Of a stretch of DNA of 64,000 nucleotides, positions 27,593 through 40,500 are shown piece after piece. The translations under genes were made by a program, and so were the position numbers. The notes under the pieces were generated by a model. That model was not told the DNA's origin. It made no database searches and saw only the letters and a program-made list of their open reading frames with translations. Every line of letters begins with the position of its first letter. The first letter of the stretch is position 1. The stretch spans positions 188,480,001 to 188,544,000 of the forward strand of contig OZ024740.1 in assembly GCA_964016885.1 (NCBI GenBank). The letters run 5' to 3'. This DNA is from Eledone cirrhosa (Eukaryota).

Positions 27593-30049
27593 ATATATTT
27601 TCTTATTTCCTGTTTCTAAACATCTTTGATTATATATATTTATATGTGTATCTATGAGAGGTGGGGTAGGCAAAAGGTAACAAATAAATAATATATTTGC
27701 ATGGTGTATGGGTTACTAGAAACTATTTTAGTTAGACATACACTAATGTAACATTTTCAGTAATACACATACATATATATGTGTTGATACAAGGTTTCAA
27801 ATGATATCAAAGTTTTTATTACATGTATGTATGTGTGCATTTAGCAACTCAGGAGAGTCAACGGCCATCCAATAAAGTTTTTTTTTGTGGAGGGAGAGAC
27901 TCCTAATCTTCATTAAGATATCTCTCAATGATTAAGTTACTCTGATATAAAACCTGTGACATCATTGGCATCCAATGATTTTAACCAGGTCTTCATTTTG
28001 GCTAAATGCAATCGATGTTCAGAGAATGGGATTTGCCCCATGCAAAGCCTTTCTTCAATTAAAAAAACTTCAAGCATAGCCATCGCTTGATATGTGATAT
28101 TTTCTGCGATGCATGGCATTGCTGTCCATAGCAGGACTAAAAAGCCATGTCCATGCTTAAGTATCAAGTGATGGCATTACTCAAAATCGAGTTGCAGCCA
28201 TCAATATGTATGTATGTTTGTGTATTACTAAAAATTTTACATCGCTATATGTCTTACTTGAATAGTTTCTAGCAACCCATACACCTATTTTCAAGGCCCC
28301 TTGTGGACTTGAAGCTAAATTTTCAAGATGGAAAAGAACCCTCAAAGTGATAAGATACTCAACTTGAAATCTCCTGAAATTATCCCTAGTTTAAATATTT
28401 ACATTTAGGTAAGGGTATATTTATTTCAGATTGAATTTTTTAAAGTCAAATCTCATAACTAAACATTGAAGACTGAAGACAGTGAGTGGTCCTTACACAG
28501 AACTATTTAACCTTTCCATCATTGAAAATTAGATAGTAAAGCATTATTAATAAAGATAATATTCATGGGAATAGTTGTTTAGATTTTGGGTTAGAAACTT
28601 TGATAAAGTTTCATGTTTACTCTTTTGATATTGTCAGATTAAATATCAGAGTTAAACTATATTTTTAAAAAACATTTATTGGAATTTTTAACCTTCGTTT
28701 ACACTTAGCATGTAGACTGTTACTGACAGTGAAATCTAAATACAGTAGATTCTAAATAACATAATTTTCGTAGCAGCATTATGTTTTTTGCTGCAGAATA
28801 AACAATCAGCTTGATTTAGATATACAAAACACTCTGTCTGTATCTCAGTTTACAAATCCCTTTGCAGCACATATCTTTTTATGTGTGCAGTTCCTAATTG
28901 CAAATGTCAGCTTTTGATACCATACTGCTCAATGCATATCTTTTTCAATGAATCATTCTAATGTTTCTTTAAAAATGAACGACACAGCATTTAGTGTGAG
29001 ATTAGATTGAGATGAATAATCAGTTTCTTGAGAAAAATATTTCCAAATATTTTCTTCCAAAAATAAAGCTACAAATCAAACAAATATTTTGTTTGCATGA
29101 TGATTTTCAATGTATTGTTGTAACTTCAGAATAGGATACTGAATTTTTTGTAGTGTATCTATTGTTTAACATCCCAATACTCAGAAACTCTGTTTTTCTC
29201 TCTCTCTATACATCATATATATATTTTGATCATAGTCTGCAATTTCATCAATAACAAAGCTATTGAAAGAATCAAAAACCAAAAGAAATTATTTGTTGTA
29301 AAGAAATTATAAAGAAACAACTACTAATCATATGTGAAAAAAGAAAGATATTTCATATATATAAAGTGGGTTTTAGTCAGTACAATATTGTTTTAAAATA
29401 TATTTCGATCTTGTGAAGGCTCTTCTTAAATATTTAATAAGCCTCCACTTGCCTACTCACTTATTCATACAACAACACAATCATTCCCTGTCTATTTATT
29501 TATCAATCTATCCATCAATCTATCTAGCCGTTCACCCATCTAGCCCTCTATCCATCATTTAACCCATCTGCCCATTCATCCAGCTATCTATTTGGGTTTT
29601 TGAAAACCTTAGAAGTGTTAAATAAGATGGCAATATAGATGACTTAATAAATGCATTTGCTGTTTAAAAATGTTGGGAATAGTAATATTATTTACATGTC
29701 TTACTTTAATAAACAATGACATTTTTCATTGCCTTGCTTCTATCTGTCTGTTCACTCTTGTGAGAGGAATTATAAAATATTGTGTATATTTCCATGAAGT
29801 CAAGAAACCTTTAGTAAACAAGATTTATTGTAGAGAATATCTTATTTATATTCAGTAATTCAGCAGTATATACTAAATCCAGATATTTCATTTATGTCAA
29901 TATTCGACTCAATATGATTCTATATATAGTTATATATCATTTTACATCTGCTTTCCTCCATTGGCATGGGTTGGATACACACACAAACACACATATATTT
30001 ATATATAGAACATGACAGCCCCCCCCCACTCTCTTCTCAGTATTTGTGA

Positions 30050-30548
30050 CCTACATGATAAGAGCATCAAGCTGTAAAAGATTTGCCAAACAAAGGGTTG
30101 GAAGGACCCTCAGTTGTGACAAGGACATGACAACCTTTCCTGTGCACAGTGGAATGTGAGATCACACATAAGTAAAATCCCTGGTCTGTCTGAGAGATCA
30201 GTAGCCTTACCTCAGTACTATCATAGTCTACGTAGACCCATCCAACCTTTGCTAGCAGGGTAAGTAGATGCCAAAAGTGATCATGATGGCAACATAGCAA
30301 AAAGCACCCAACCCACACTTTAAAGTGATCGGGTAGGTGTCTCAACAAAAAGCCCCCAGTCCTCACTGCAAAGTGGAAAATGAGGCTGCAGTTAGGAAGG
30401 GCATCTAGCTGTAGAAACTAAGCCAGAATCAGTTTTGCATGAGCAAGACACATGAGCAATGCTAGGTCACCTGACCTAGCATTGCTCACAACACAACTCG
30501 TCTAACCCATGTTAGTGTGGAAAGATGGACGTTAAACGGGGATGATAT
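30050..30548 (+). mobile_element. Decayed SINE/RTE 3' region
   Basis: GTTAGGAAGGGCATCTAGCTGTAGAAAC...CCCATGTTAGTGTGGAAAGATGGACGTTAAACGGGGATGAT. Confidence 0.6.
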
Positions 30549-31479
30549 TATGTATATATATAGTGGCTTTCAATCATAAATATAAAGAATTAAACTTATT
30601 TAGCTAAGTTGGACAGAAGCAAGTTAAATACCCTCAAACAATAACAAAATATATTTTCTAAAACTGAAAAAGAAAATAACTTTGTACACATAATTTTCTC
30701 TCCGTGACTTGCTGTTTTTACCTTCTTTTAAATTTGAATGAAAAACAAACTCATGGGAGTCTACTTAGTTTAAGTAGGTTAAAAGAGAGTTAGGTTTTAT
30801 GGAAAGATATACCTGTTGTTTTATCCCTCCAGCATAAGCTATCAGCAAAATTGTCTCTTTTTAACCAGAACTAGTTTCTGTTATTTTCTTTACTTTACAG
30901 ATACACTTTTTTCTTTATACGTTTTACCCTCTAATGGCCTTAAGCTTGCCATCTCTTAAGAAAATAGTAACATTTCTGGAAAAAACAAAACAAAATTATG
31001 TTTGTTTTAAATTTTGCCGTCTGTCTACTACTTCATTTTCAAAAACCATTTACCAGTGCTGCAATTTAAACACAAATTATTTTAACAATGTTCCTATTTT
31101 TCTTTATTACCTGTCATTTCTTATTTTAAGATATTTTAAAGATTCTATTATCGTAAGCTTGTCTATTACTTGTACACTGATAAATAAGCTGCAGAATTAA
31201 AAGAAAATTACAAATATATATTCATTAACAAATTAGTATGCTTTTCTGTACGTATTTGAAATTCTGCTTGCTAAGTTGAACCTTTGTACACATACATATG
31301 CCTATATAATGATATGTATATATTTTTTGAAGATATAATATGAATATTGTATAATAGTTCTGAAAATATTGCAAATATAAATCAATTTATAAGTGAGCCT
31401 GTTTCATACTCATCATCACCGTTTAACGTTCATTTTCCATGCTTGCATGAGTTAGATAGTATATATATATATATATATA

Positions 31480-31638
31480 AAATTTAATATAGGAATAGCT
31501 TCTACAGGAATAGAACTATTTCATTCAAATGAAACAGTTCTAGTCCTGTAGAAGCCATTTATGTATTGAATTTGATGTTTACACTCTACTAATGTATTGA
31601 GTACCTTACTTACTGTGGTTACCCTTGATGGAATCTGA
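31480..31638 (+). mobile_element. Foldback element: 94-bp inverted repeat plus unique tail, containing a hammerhead 3' half
   Basis: IR 31480-31573; GAAA-CAG-TTCTAGTC-CTG-TA at 31531-31550; tail CACTCTACTAATGTATTGAGTAC matches 5084-5110. Confidence 0.68.
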
Positions 31639-31699
31639 CACACACACGCACACACTCTAAGTTGACGTGACTAGCATGGGTTTCACTGCTAGTACTGGT

Positions 31700-31935
31700 T
31701 GCATCTCAACGTACTCAATAGGTAAACTTATGTAAAATCCCAGAGTAGACACATAATTATTCGCTTCAATACAACATACGTAAATGGTACCATCAGCCTA
31801 TACTTGTACTTTAATTTTGGCCACACTTAATGTAGCAATAGAGTGCACAGCATTTACTGCTTGCATTTATTATGAATAATGCACAATCGGCACATGTGGC
31901 TTCATCAGCGGGTTTCGCCTAATCAATAACCAAAC
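31700..31935 (-). mobile_element. Decayed hammerhead-bearing element with long stem II
   Basis: Minus strand CTGATGA-A-GCCACA-(about 70 nt)-TGTGGC-CAAAA (degenerate GAAA); TATTGAGTAC motif downstream (31711-31720). Confidence 0.5.
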
Positions 31936-32004
31936 GATCGACAAACTCACCTAACCCATGCAAGCGAGGAGAAGGGAACATAAAAATTATGATATATATA
32001 TATA

Positions 32005-33540
32005 TATCATCATCATCTTTTTTATTTATATGCATGGGTTACATGAGTCCATTTCAGCACAGTATCTCTCCACTCACCACATTTCTTTGTCATCTCCTCT
32101 GTAAGCCTCAGCACTTTGAAGTCAGCTCTAAGCAGTTTTGCCCAGTCTTTCTTGGTCTACCTCTTCTGCAGCTTTCTTCCACAGGCATTTCCATGTGCTT
32201 CTTCAAACAACAATCATCCATGAACTTAACATTTCAGGCCTCTTTCTTTTGGGAATCAGTGGTGCTAAGTGCACCAGTATTATTTCTAACACATTTTTCC
32301 CAACAACATCTCAATTTACAGTAACACATTGACTTGCAATATGGAACATTACATCTCTTGTTCTCATGTTTCAAGACATTCGCAAACTCTCCTTTTTCAG
32401 CCTCTCTCTGAGCTGTGTATACCTGTCATCTAGCCACTCTCTTAGCTAACTAGTACAGGTCCCTGCCACCTCCAGTTTTCCAGTCTTTCCATACCTGTCT
32501 CTTGATTTTAATGCCTATATCTATGTGCTGTTCCACAATCAGGTCACCTACTGTCTGGCTGGTACTTTACTCTAGCCAAATTTCTCATCAGTATTTTGCC
32601 AAAGGTTGTCACATAGGAATTTCCAGTTGTCCTCTACATTATATTTACATAGCTTGTCACCCCTCTGATCTATTGCATCCTGTAGGGCCTCTTGAAACAT
32701 ATATTTAACTGAAAGGTCCTTTAGCTTCCAAACCCTCCATCTTCTTATTTTCCTCTATATCTTGCTCTGTCTTGTGTTTATTTTAGTGTTGCTAATAACT
32801 AACTTGTTTTGGGGTTGGATATTCTTCCCAGGGGAAGGTCTTAGTGTCTATTACAGTCCGGTTATCTCATCTTATAAGTTAGTAATCAATTTGGCTTGTA
32901 TGTTAACCTGATTGATATGTGTTCAGGTGGCTGGCTGGTTTCCTGAAATTTGTGTTGCAAATGGTTACCTCATTTTTCTCACAGAATTCCAGGAGTCTCA
33001 ATCTTTCTTCATTTCTTGAGCCATATCCATAGCAGCTATGAACTCCACAGACTCTGCCCCGCTACTACTCCACATGTCCATTGAAGTACCCTGCCAGGAT
33101 TATGAGTTCTCTTTCATCAGTACCTGAAACTTATTGTAATCGTTCTTCATAGAACTTGTCCTTTTGGTTTTTACTTAGTTTTGCCTGTGAGGCATAATTC
33201 TAATAATTCTATTTTCTACAGCTATTTTAAGCTTGATAATTCTGTCACTTACTCTAATGACATCTGTCACCTTATCTATCCATTTGTCAGTTAGTAAGAT
33301 GCCTACACCTCCTACCCCAGTAGAGTGTATATCTCTGTCATTTGCCTGTGATTAATCTCGCTAAGGCCACCCTCCATCTCAGATTTTGTACACAGCATAT
33401 GTCTAATTCTCTTCTCCTTAACAATTCTACCATTTCACCTGGTTTACCTTTCAGGATGCCAACGTTGAGGGTGACAGTGCTGAGATTTGTACCTTGACAG
33501 TTGTTTTTACTTCCTTGGGTACAAGTTGTATGTACCTGAA
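32005..33540 (-). mobile_element. Decayed RTE LINE (AP-endonuclease start plus 3' end, internally deleted)
   Basis: STVTLNVGILKGKPGEMVELLRRRELDICCVQNLRWR matches the APE N-terminus; GRPRKT motif and (GAT)n tail near 32005-32170. Confidence 0.8.
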
Positions 33541-35584
33541 AGAGAAAAATATATAGTGATATACTTTTGGAATTTTTTTTTTTTTTCAATATACGTAAAG
33601 AAAAGAAGAAAGATATAAAGGCCATTCAACATATATTATTCTATAAGCTTTGCCATGTTCAAATCTTGAATCGAACATTTTAAAATTAAAAGTAAACTGT
33701 GAACAACATCAGCGAAGAATGTGGTTTCTATAGAGAATTCCAATCTAGCAGAAATCTGTGAGCTGCAATATTCAAACTGATGACATTTGAAAAGCTCATG
33801 GTGATTGTTAAGATGTGATTGCGGATATCTAATATGTGTGGCTTATTTAATATATGAGTTCCCAATATTTCTATCAAAGTCCTTTATAGATAATGTAACT
33901 TTTCTATTCTGGCAGCTGCTGAAATGCTTTTCAACACAATAGGCTATATTTATATGCTCTCTAATGTATATGTACATACATACACACACATGTATATATA
34001 CATGCACACACGCACACACATATATATGTAATCATGAGATGGTGCTATCTGTATAAACTTGCTACATTTCATCCATTTGATGGAGAATGTTATGCAAGCT
34101 CTAAAACATCTGTCATCATTTTCAATCAGTTACTTTGCCAGCATACATATTCTGTTAAGATCACAAGTCTGTTTATTGAATATCTTGCTTTTTAGACAAA
34201 AGTCCTATTAGGTGAGTTCTGCACTTATCTTTGTATAGTACTTCACATTACATTAGTGACAGATTAACTTAAAAGTATAATGAGTACAGGGTGACCAAAA
34301 ACAATAGACACATAATCATATTATACCATATATAATAGGCAGTTGTGGAAGAGCCTATTAAAGCTTATTTTCTTTTAAAAGTAAAAAGGAGAACATTTTG
34401 GCAAATAACGTTGAGTATACAGCTGCTATAATTGACAATAATTCTCATTAATACATATTATTATCTCAGTTATAGACTGTGTGGAAAGCAAATTAGTTTT
34501 GGTATCATATAATCAAAACACAAATTCTACATATTCTTGTTATAAGGGGAATAGGAAAGTTGTGATATATTTGGATAGATGTTTTAATATATGTTTTAAT
34601 CCCACTTATGAAATATATGTATTTAGATAAATGCATACACATGATCTCATATACTTGAAACTGCTTCACACCAATATAATAATTCTATTTGTGGGGACCA
34701 GCACCTATTCTGTTTGCATACCTACTCTGGAATAAATGTGACACATATGGTGGCTGTTACTTTCGTCCTTTGAAAGATCAACATCTATCTCAAGTACTTC
34801 AGTGTAGGCTCTTGAATAGATTAAAACATATGTGTGTGTAGGCCAATGGGTGTGTTTGTGTGTGTGTGTGCCCATGGGTATGTGTGTGTGTATGCCCATG
34901 GATACGTGTAAGTGCGTGTGGCAGAGTTACTGAAAACAATCAGATAAATATGCATTTACTTAATAAAACAATATAAATATTGTTATATTTGGTAAATGTT
35001 TCAAGAAAACTGGATTTTAAATGTTTTTTTTTTGCAATACATAATGTTGTCTATGAACAACAGCATTTTGTTAACAAATATCACTTAATTTCTCAGAAAT
35101 GTTGCTAAAAAATAAATACTTATAAATGCATGCAAAATAATCCAACACATATTCAATCATAATACATACACATCACATAATGCATGCACACCACATAATG
35201 CATATTCACATACACCCACAAAAACACTTATGAAAAAAGTGAGAGAGATTCTCCTCTTGAGTAAGATGGCAAACATTTATTTTATTTATTCAGCATTAGT
35301 AGTACCTTAATATTTATAGCACGCAATTACAAGATTAGCATTTTTAACCACACCATTTATCTGATTACCACCCAGTTTCAAAGTAATTACTCCAAAGTAG
35401 ATAGGAAAATATTCCTTCTAAATAAGGAATGATTTATTTGATGTGGATTATTTGTTTGTGTTATTCAGGTTTCTGAATTGATGGATTCAATTTTCACACA
35501 TTCTTCAAGCGACTCATTTCAGAGTTATAAATAATGTTTGTTTTATGCATGTTTAAGCATATTAGTTTCGTTGTGTGTGCATAT

Positions 35585-35618
<34 letters not shown>

Positions 35619-35760
35619 ATATACACACAAATTAATTCTTACACAGTTACACATGTATGTATATCTATCTATTTACATACACACATGTATATAAGAATGA
35701 GTATACTTTCCCACATGTAGGACATCGCTTTTTTTTTCATTTAAAAAAGCCTTGTTTTCT

Positions 35761-35808
<48 letters not shown>

Positions 35809-36346
35809 CACACGTAAATATATATGTGTGTGTGTGTGTGTGTGTTTGCTTTGCTTGCATAAAGTTAGCTTTTCAAATATACATGTTTACTTAAACAAAT
35901 TGCATACAATTGCATACAATTGCCATGAGAATGAGTATGCATAAATGCTCATGTATTCAAAATATGTGCATGTGTGTTTACTTTTTAAATCAATTAACAT
36001 ATTTTAAACTTTAATTCAATGTGAGTTAGCACCAAAAGTGGCAAGTAAGATTAAAAAAATGTTTCCCATTTGAATATTTTTATGGATATCTTTTTGTATA
36101 AGTTTTGAAAAACACAAAGCTTGTAGAAATGTGTTTAGTTTTATGGGGAAAGTGAAAAAATTAAAGAAATATTTGGGTGATAAGTGTACCATCATTCAAC
36201 TTCTAGTTTGTTTGTCCTTGGTGGGATAATCTGGTGAAGTTGTGACAAACCTGCTCAGTAATTACTTGGAGCTACTGCCCTCCCAAACAGGCTATAGGGG
36301 CTTATTTCACTTGTGTATATTGTGGTCTTGATTTTCTTCAAATACC

Positions 36347-36461
<115 letters not shown>

Positions 36462-36870
36462 AAAACAAGCAAATTTTTGTTTAGTACATTTAATTGCTTA
36501 CGATTGTTTCTTCCAGACAAGTGTTGGCAACAAGCTTGAAGTATTGGCATGACATCATCACTTGCTGTGTAGTTAGTTACTTTGGTAATATCTATATGTC
36601 TTTCACACACTCTCCCTCTGTATTTCTCTTTCAACATTCCGTATGGGAAAAATAGTTTAGGATGATGAACAGCCTTCAGGAATGAATTAAGTTCATGAAC
36701 CGAGGTTATGTATATATATATATATATTTATAATCTTCCAATCGAACCACGGAAACAAACTTATGCCAGATATCTAACTTAACCATCATTGTTTATGTTT
36801 CTGCTACAGTCTTCAGAGTGTCAATAAAATAGGGGTTGGGCACCCAATGATAATTCTACCATGTATTGGC

Positions 36871-36940
36871 TGTGAGACCTTCTGAAGTAATAGGTTCTCA
36901 ATAAAACTGTTTTGAACTTATTACTTCAGAATGTCTCACA
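36871..36940. repeat. 70-nt near-perfect hairpin
   Basis: TGTGAGACCTTCTGAAGTAATAGGTTC / GAACTTATTACTTCAGAATGTCTCACA with a 16-nt loop. Confidence 0.85.
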
Positions 36941-37329
36941 CACTGACCTGCTAATCAGTCTTTGCTGAGTTATCTTTTCAGTTAACTTTGGTAGATAATC
37001 AGAAAATTCTATGTTGGTGGATGTTAAGAACCCTCTATAACATGTGCAAGTGCATTCTGTCTAGAGAGGGTGAACTACATTCTGCAACAAAAATTACACA
37101 CTTAAGTCAATAAGAATCACTATGGAAACCAAGGAAAGCTCTAAGGCACCTATATACTTCCATATCTAATCTACGTTGTTAAATGGATCACATGAATAAT
37201 ACTCCTCATTCATTCCGGGAGACATTTCAAAACGTTTTTATGTAACTTATGACAGTCTGTAAGCTATCCGATCATAAATGCACCACAAAACTTTCAGCTA
37301 TGACCAACCTTATTCTCATTGCAACATAG

Positions 37330-37535
37330 TTAATATCTATAACACAAAATTACAATGAGGTATGTCTTGAGAGATTGATTAAAGGTAGAAAGAATCCTGG
37401 TGCACCTAACTGCAGAGGGAGGAGAAGCATTACAAATTGGATTAATCTTAACAACTGGACTACAATAAATCCTACAAGCAAAAACAGGAATAAATAGAAA
37501 ATGCTTTCATGTGTGATTGCACAGTCTGCAAATTT
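37330..37535 (+). mobile_element. Possible decayed RTE LINE C-terminus
   Basis: ERLIKGRKNPGAPNCRGRRSITNWINLNNWT weakly resembles the RTE G...RGR..W tail. Confidence 0.35.
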
Positions 37536-40500
37536 GCAGAGTAGCAAAACGTGATGTTTATATATCCAGATTAAATGTTGTTTTTGTTACAAATAAAAAA
37601 ACACTGAGAATAGTACAAATTTCTATGTAACTGACAAATAATTATTATATTCTATACATTTATTAAATGCTAGTTGTTCTTTTCTTGTTGTTTTTTTTTT
37701 TTGTTATTAAGGCCTATAGAATTTAATCCATAAATCACTATTTAATATACATGAACCAAAGAAATATTTTCACATTTTGCTCCAGTAGTATTATATGAAT
37801 TTGGATAATCTTATCAGGTATGACAGAAAATTTAAATTAAAAGAGTCAATGATCTAGTATTAGATTGTCTATGTAATAAACATAATCTTGCAGAATTGTT
37901 AATATGCCTGTAGCCATAGTTAATACATTTTGTATTTAAAAATCATCTAAGCAAAGGATTGCTATTTATTTTTTAGAACCTGATTAGCTGGAGAATAATT
38001 ACTTTTATGATAGAGAATAATATCTTTTATGATAGAGTTGCTAGGTTTTGAAGATACATTCATTTGTAAAAATATGTATATGTATGACAAGACTGATGTG
38101 AACATCTAAATTTACAGTCAATCCATTTCTTAGCTGCCAACATTAATACAAGTGGAATTACAAAAACGGCATATATATACATTTTAAGCAATGCAACAAG
38201 ATGTTCAAGAGCAAAATGTATTAGATATAAAAATATTGAAAAGACTGGGCACAATATATATTTTAAAAAAGGATATTATATTTATCATATTAGTTTAATG
38301 ATCTATCAAAGTGGGTATAGAAGTAATCACTTGTATCATAAATAGTCTGCAATAGCCTCACAACCCTATTGACTCATACTATTAAATAGTTAAAATATTT
38401 CTGCAACTGTAAACTTCAGTTACACAATTTGAAATGTTTCTATAAGTTATATTAACATGATTGTCCATATTACATTTAGTCTATAATGAATCTCTTCTTC
38501 TAGGGTGTCATTTGGTTGCAACATGAATGGTTACAGTGTACAGTAATCTCACATTTCAATGGATTACATGTCCATTCTCCATTCAAGTATAAACATATAG
38601 GTTCTCAACTGACCTATGCAACAAACCTACTAGCAAGAGACTTACTTAGGATATCTATAATCATATACATTAAAACCAATGTCACTATATTCATATTCCT
38701 ATATTAAATTGAAAGTAGCATGCATATTGGTAATCTTTGGGTTTTATTTTGATGCTTATTCACATATAAGCTCAGACATGGCTCTGTGGTTAAACATTTT
38801 GCTTTGTAACCATAGAGCTTTCAGTTCAATCCCTTTGCATGGCACCTTGCTCAAGTGTCGTCTACTACAGCATCAACTTGATCAATGACATACATATGGA
38901 ATTTGTAGAGAGAAATAGCAGAAGGTTGTCATGTGTGTGTTCTTCCATGACTGTGTTTTACATCTATCTCTATCAGTCTTTATGTCCTATGATTTAGTAC
39001 TTTGACAAAAGGTGATTGATAAATCAATTACCATACTTGAAAGAATATTACTGGAGCCGAGAGGATCTACTAAATTCCTTGAAGGCTATGTACTAACCTG
39101 GCCACAATCTCATGATGGAAATGAATAAAAGAAATAACTATAATCTTATATCAAGCATTATTTAAGTTTTTATGCTGACATGAAATGAATGAGAGATTGT
39201 ATTATCAAGCAGTAACTATCTTTAACGAGGACTAATTCCTAGACAAATAGTTTAAATATAGTAATTTTATAATATTATTGTATCATCATATTAAACTTTT
39301 TCAGAAAACAGTAACATTGTTTTATTTTCATAGATCATTTTTTTTCTTATAAATGTTGAAGCCAATTTCTATTTAATATCTTCTATATAAGGGAATAATA
39401 TTTTATGTCATTTGATAGAAATAAAACGTCATTGATATATTTGATGCAAACTATTTAAACTGTCCCTTGGAATAAAAATTTGCATTTTGTCACAAATACA
39501 AATAGTGCAGAGAATATCTAAATATCCATTAAATCATCACTTTACTTTCAGAAGAAATAAATTTTATCTTACTTTTTTAATTTTTTTTTATTCAACTTGA
39601 AAGTAATTTAAATGTGTTAGTTAATACTATAAATCTAATATGTATAGGATTTTATAATTTCATATTACTTTGAAAGCAAACTGGATTTCATACTTCTATA
39701 GTGTATTTTGTATTATTATTTCTCTATTTCTTGATATATCTTGTGCTTATAGTGAAATATTCTCAGATTTATAACTCAAATATTGATAAAAGCATTTCAT
39801 CATGTTTGAAATTTATCGATTTTTCACATGTCTGTGAGTCGGCATTTAATTTATTGAAATTAATAAGAATTCTGATATAGCAATATATAATGCTAATTTG
39901 AAAAGTTTGATTCATAACATGATAGACTTCATGTCATGTAGAAGTAGAAATATTTTCCCAACCAAGTGATCATGTTAGATGCTTTTACTGATAGAAACCC
40001 AAGTAATATGAAGTAAATTAATTTATATATACCTATGTACATGTGTATATAAAGCTATTAACTCTCTGATGAAATGTTTGCTGTTAAAATTAGTATGTTG
40101 TGTAAAATACTTGCTACAACTACACATGCAAACATATTTTTGTGTGATACAATCCCTTCAAACATTGCAAAGTTGATGTAAAATTGAAAAATATTATCTA
40201 GTGATGCCCACACAAACAAGCAAATAGATTTATACTTATGTATAGCTAATAAAGAAAACAGCACCTTAAATAAATGCTTGCTTGCCCATAACTCTTCACT
40301 TTAAACTATTTCCGATCTAATTGAAAATACAGAAATGTATTCAGTACTGTTTTAGCTTCAGGGCTCAAGTAGAATTAAATTACTAATAATTTAACTAATT
40401 ACTCACCGTTGTTTAAGGTCTGAATAAAATTTGGCCATTACACAATATAAATAACTTAAACTTTGGTAAAAGTTGAAGAGATTTCTTTTCATATCACTTA

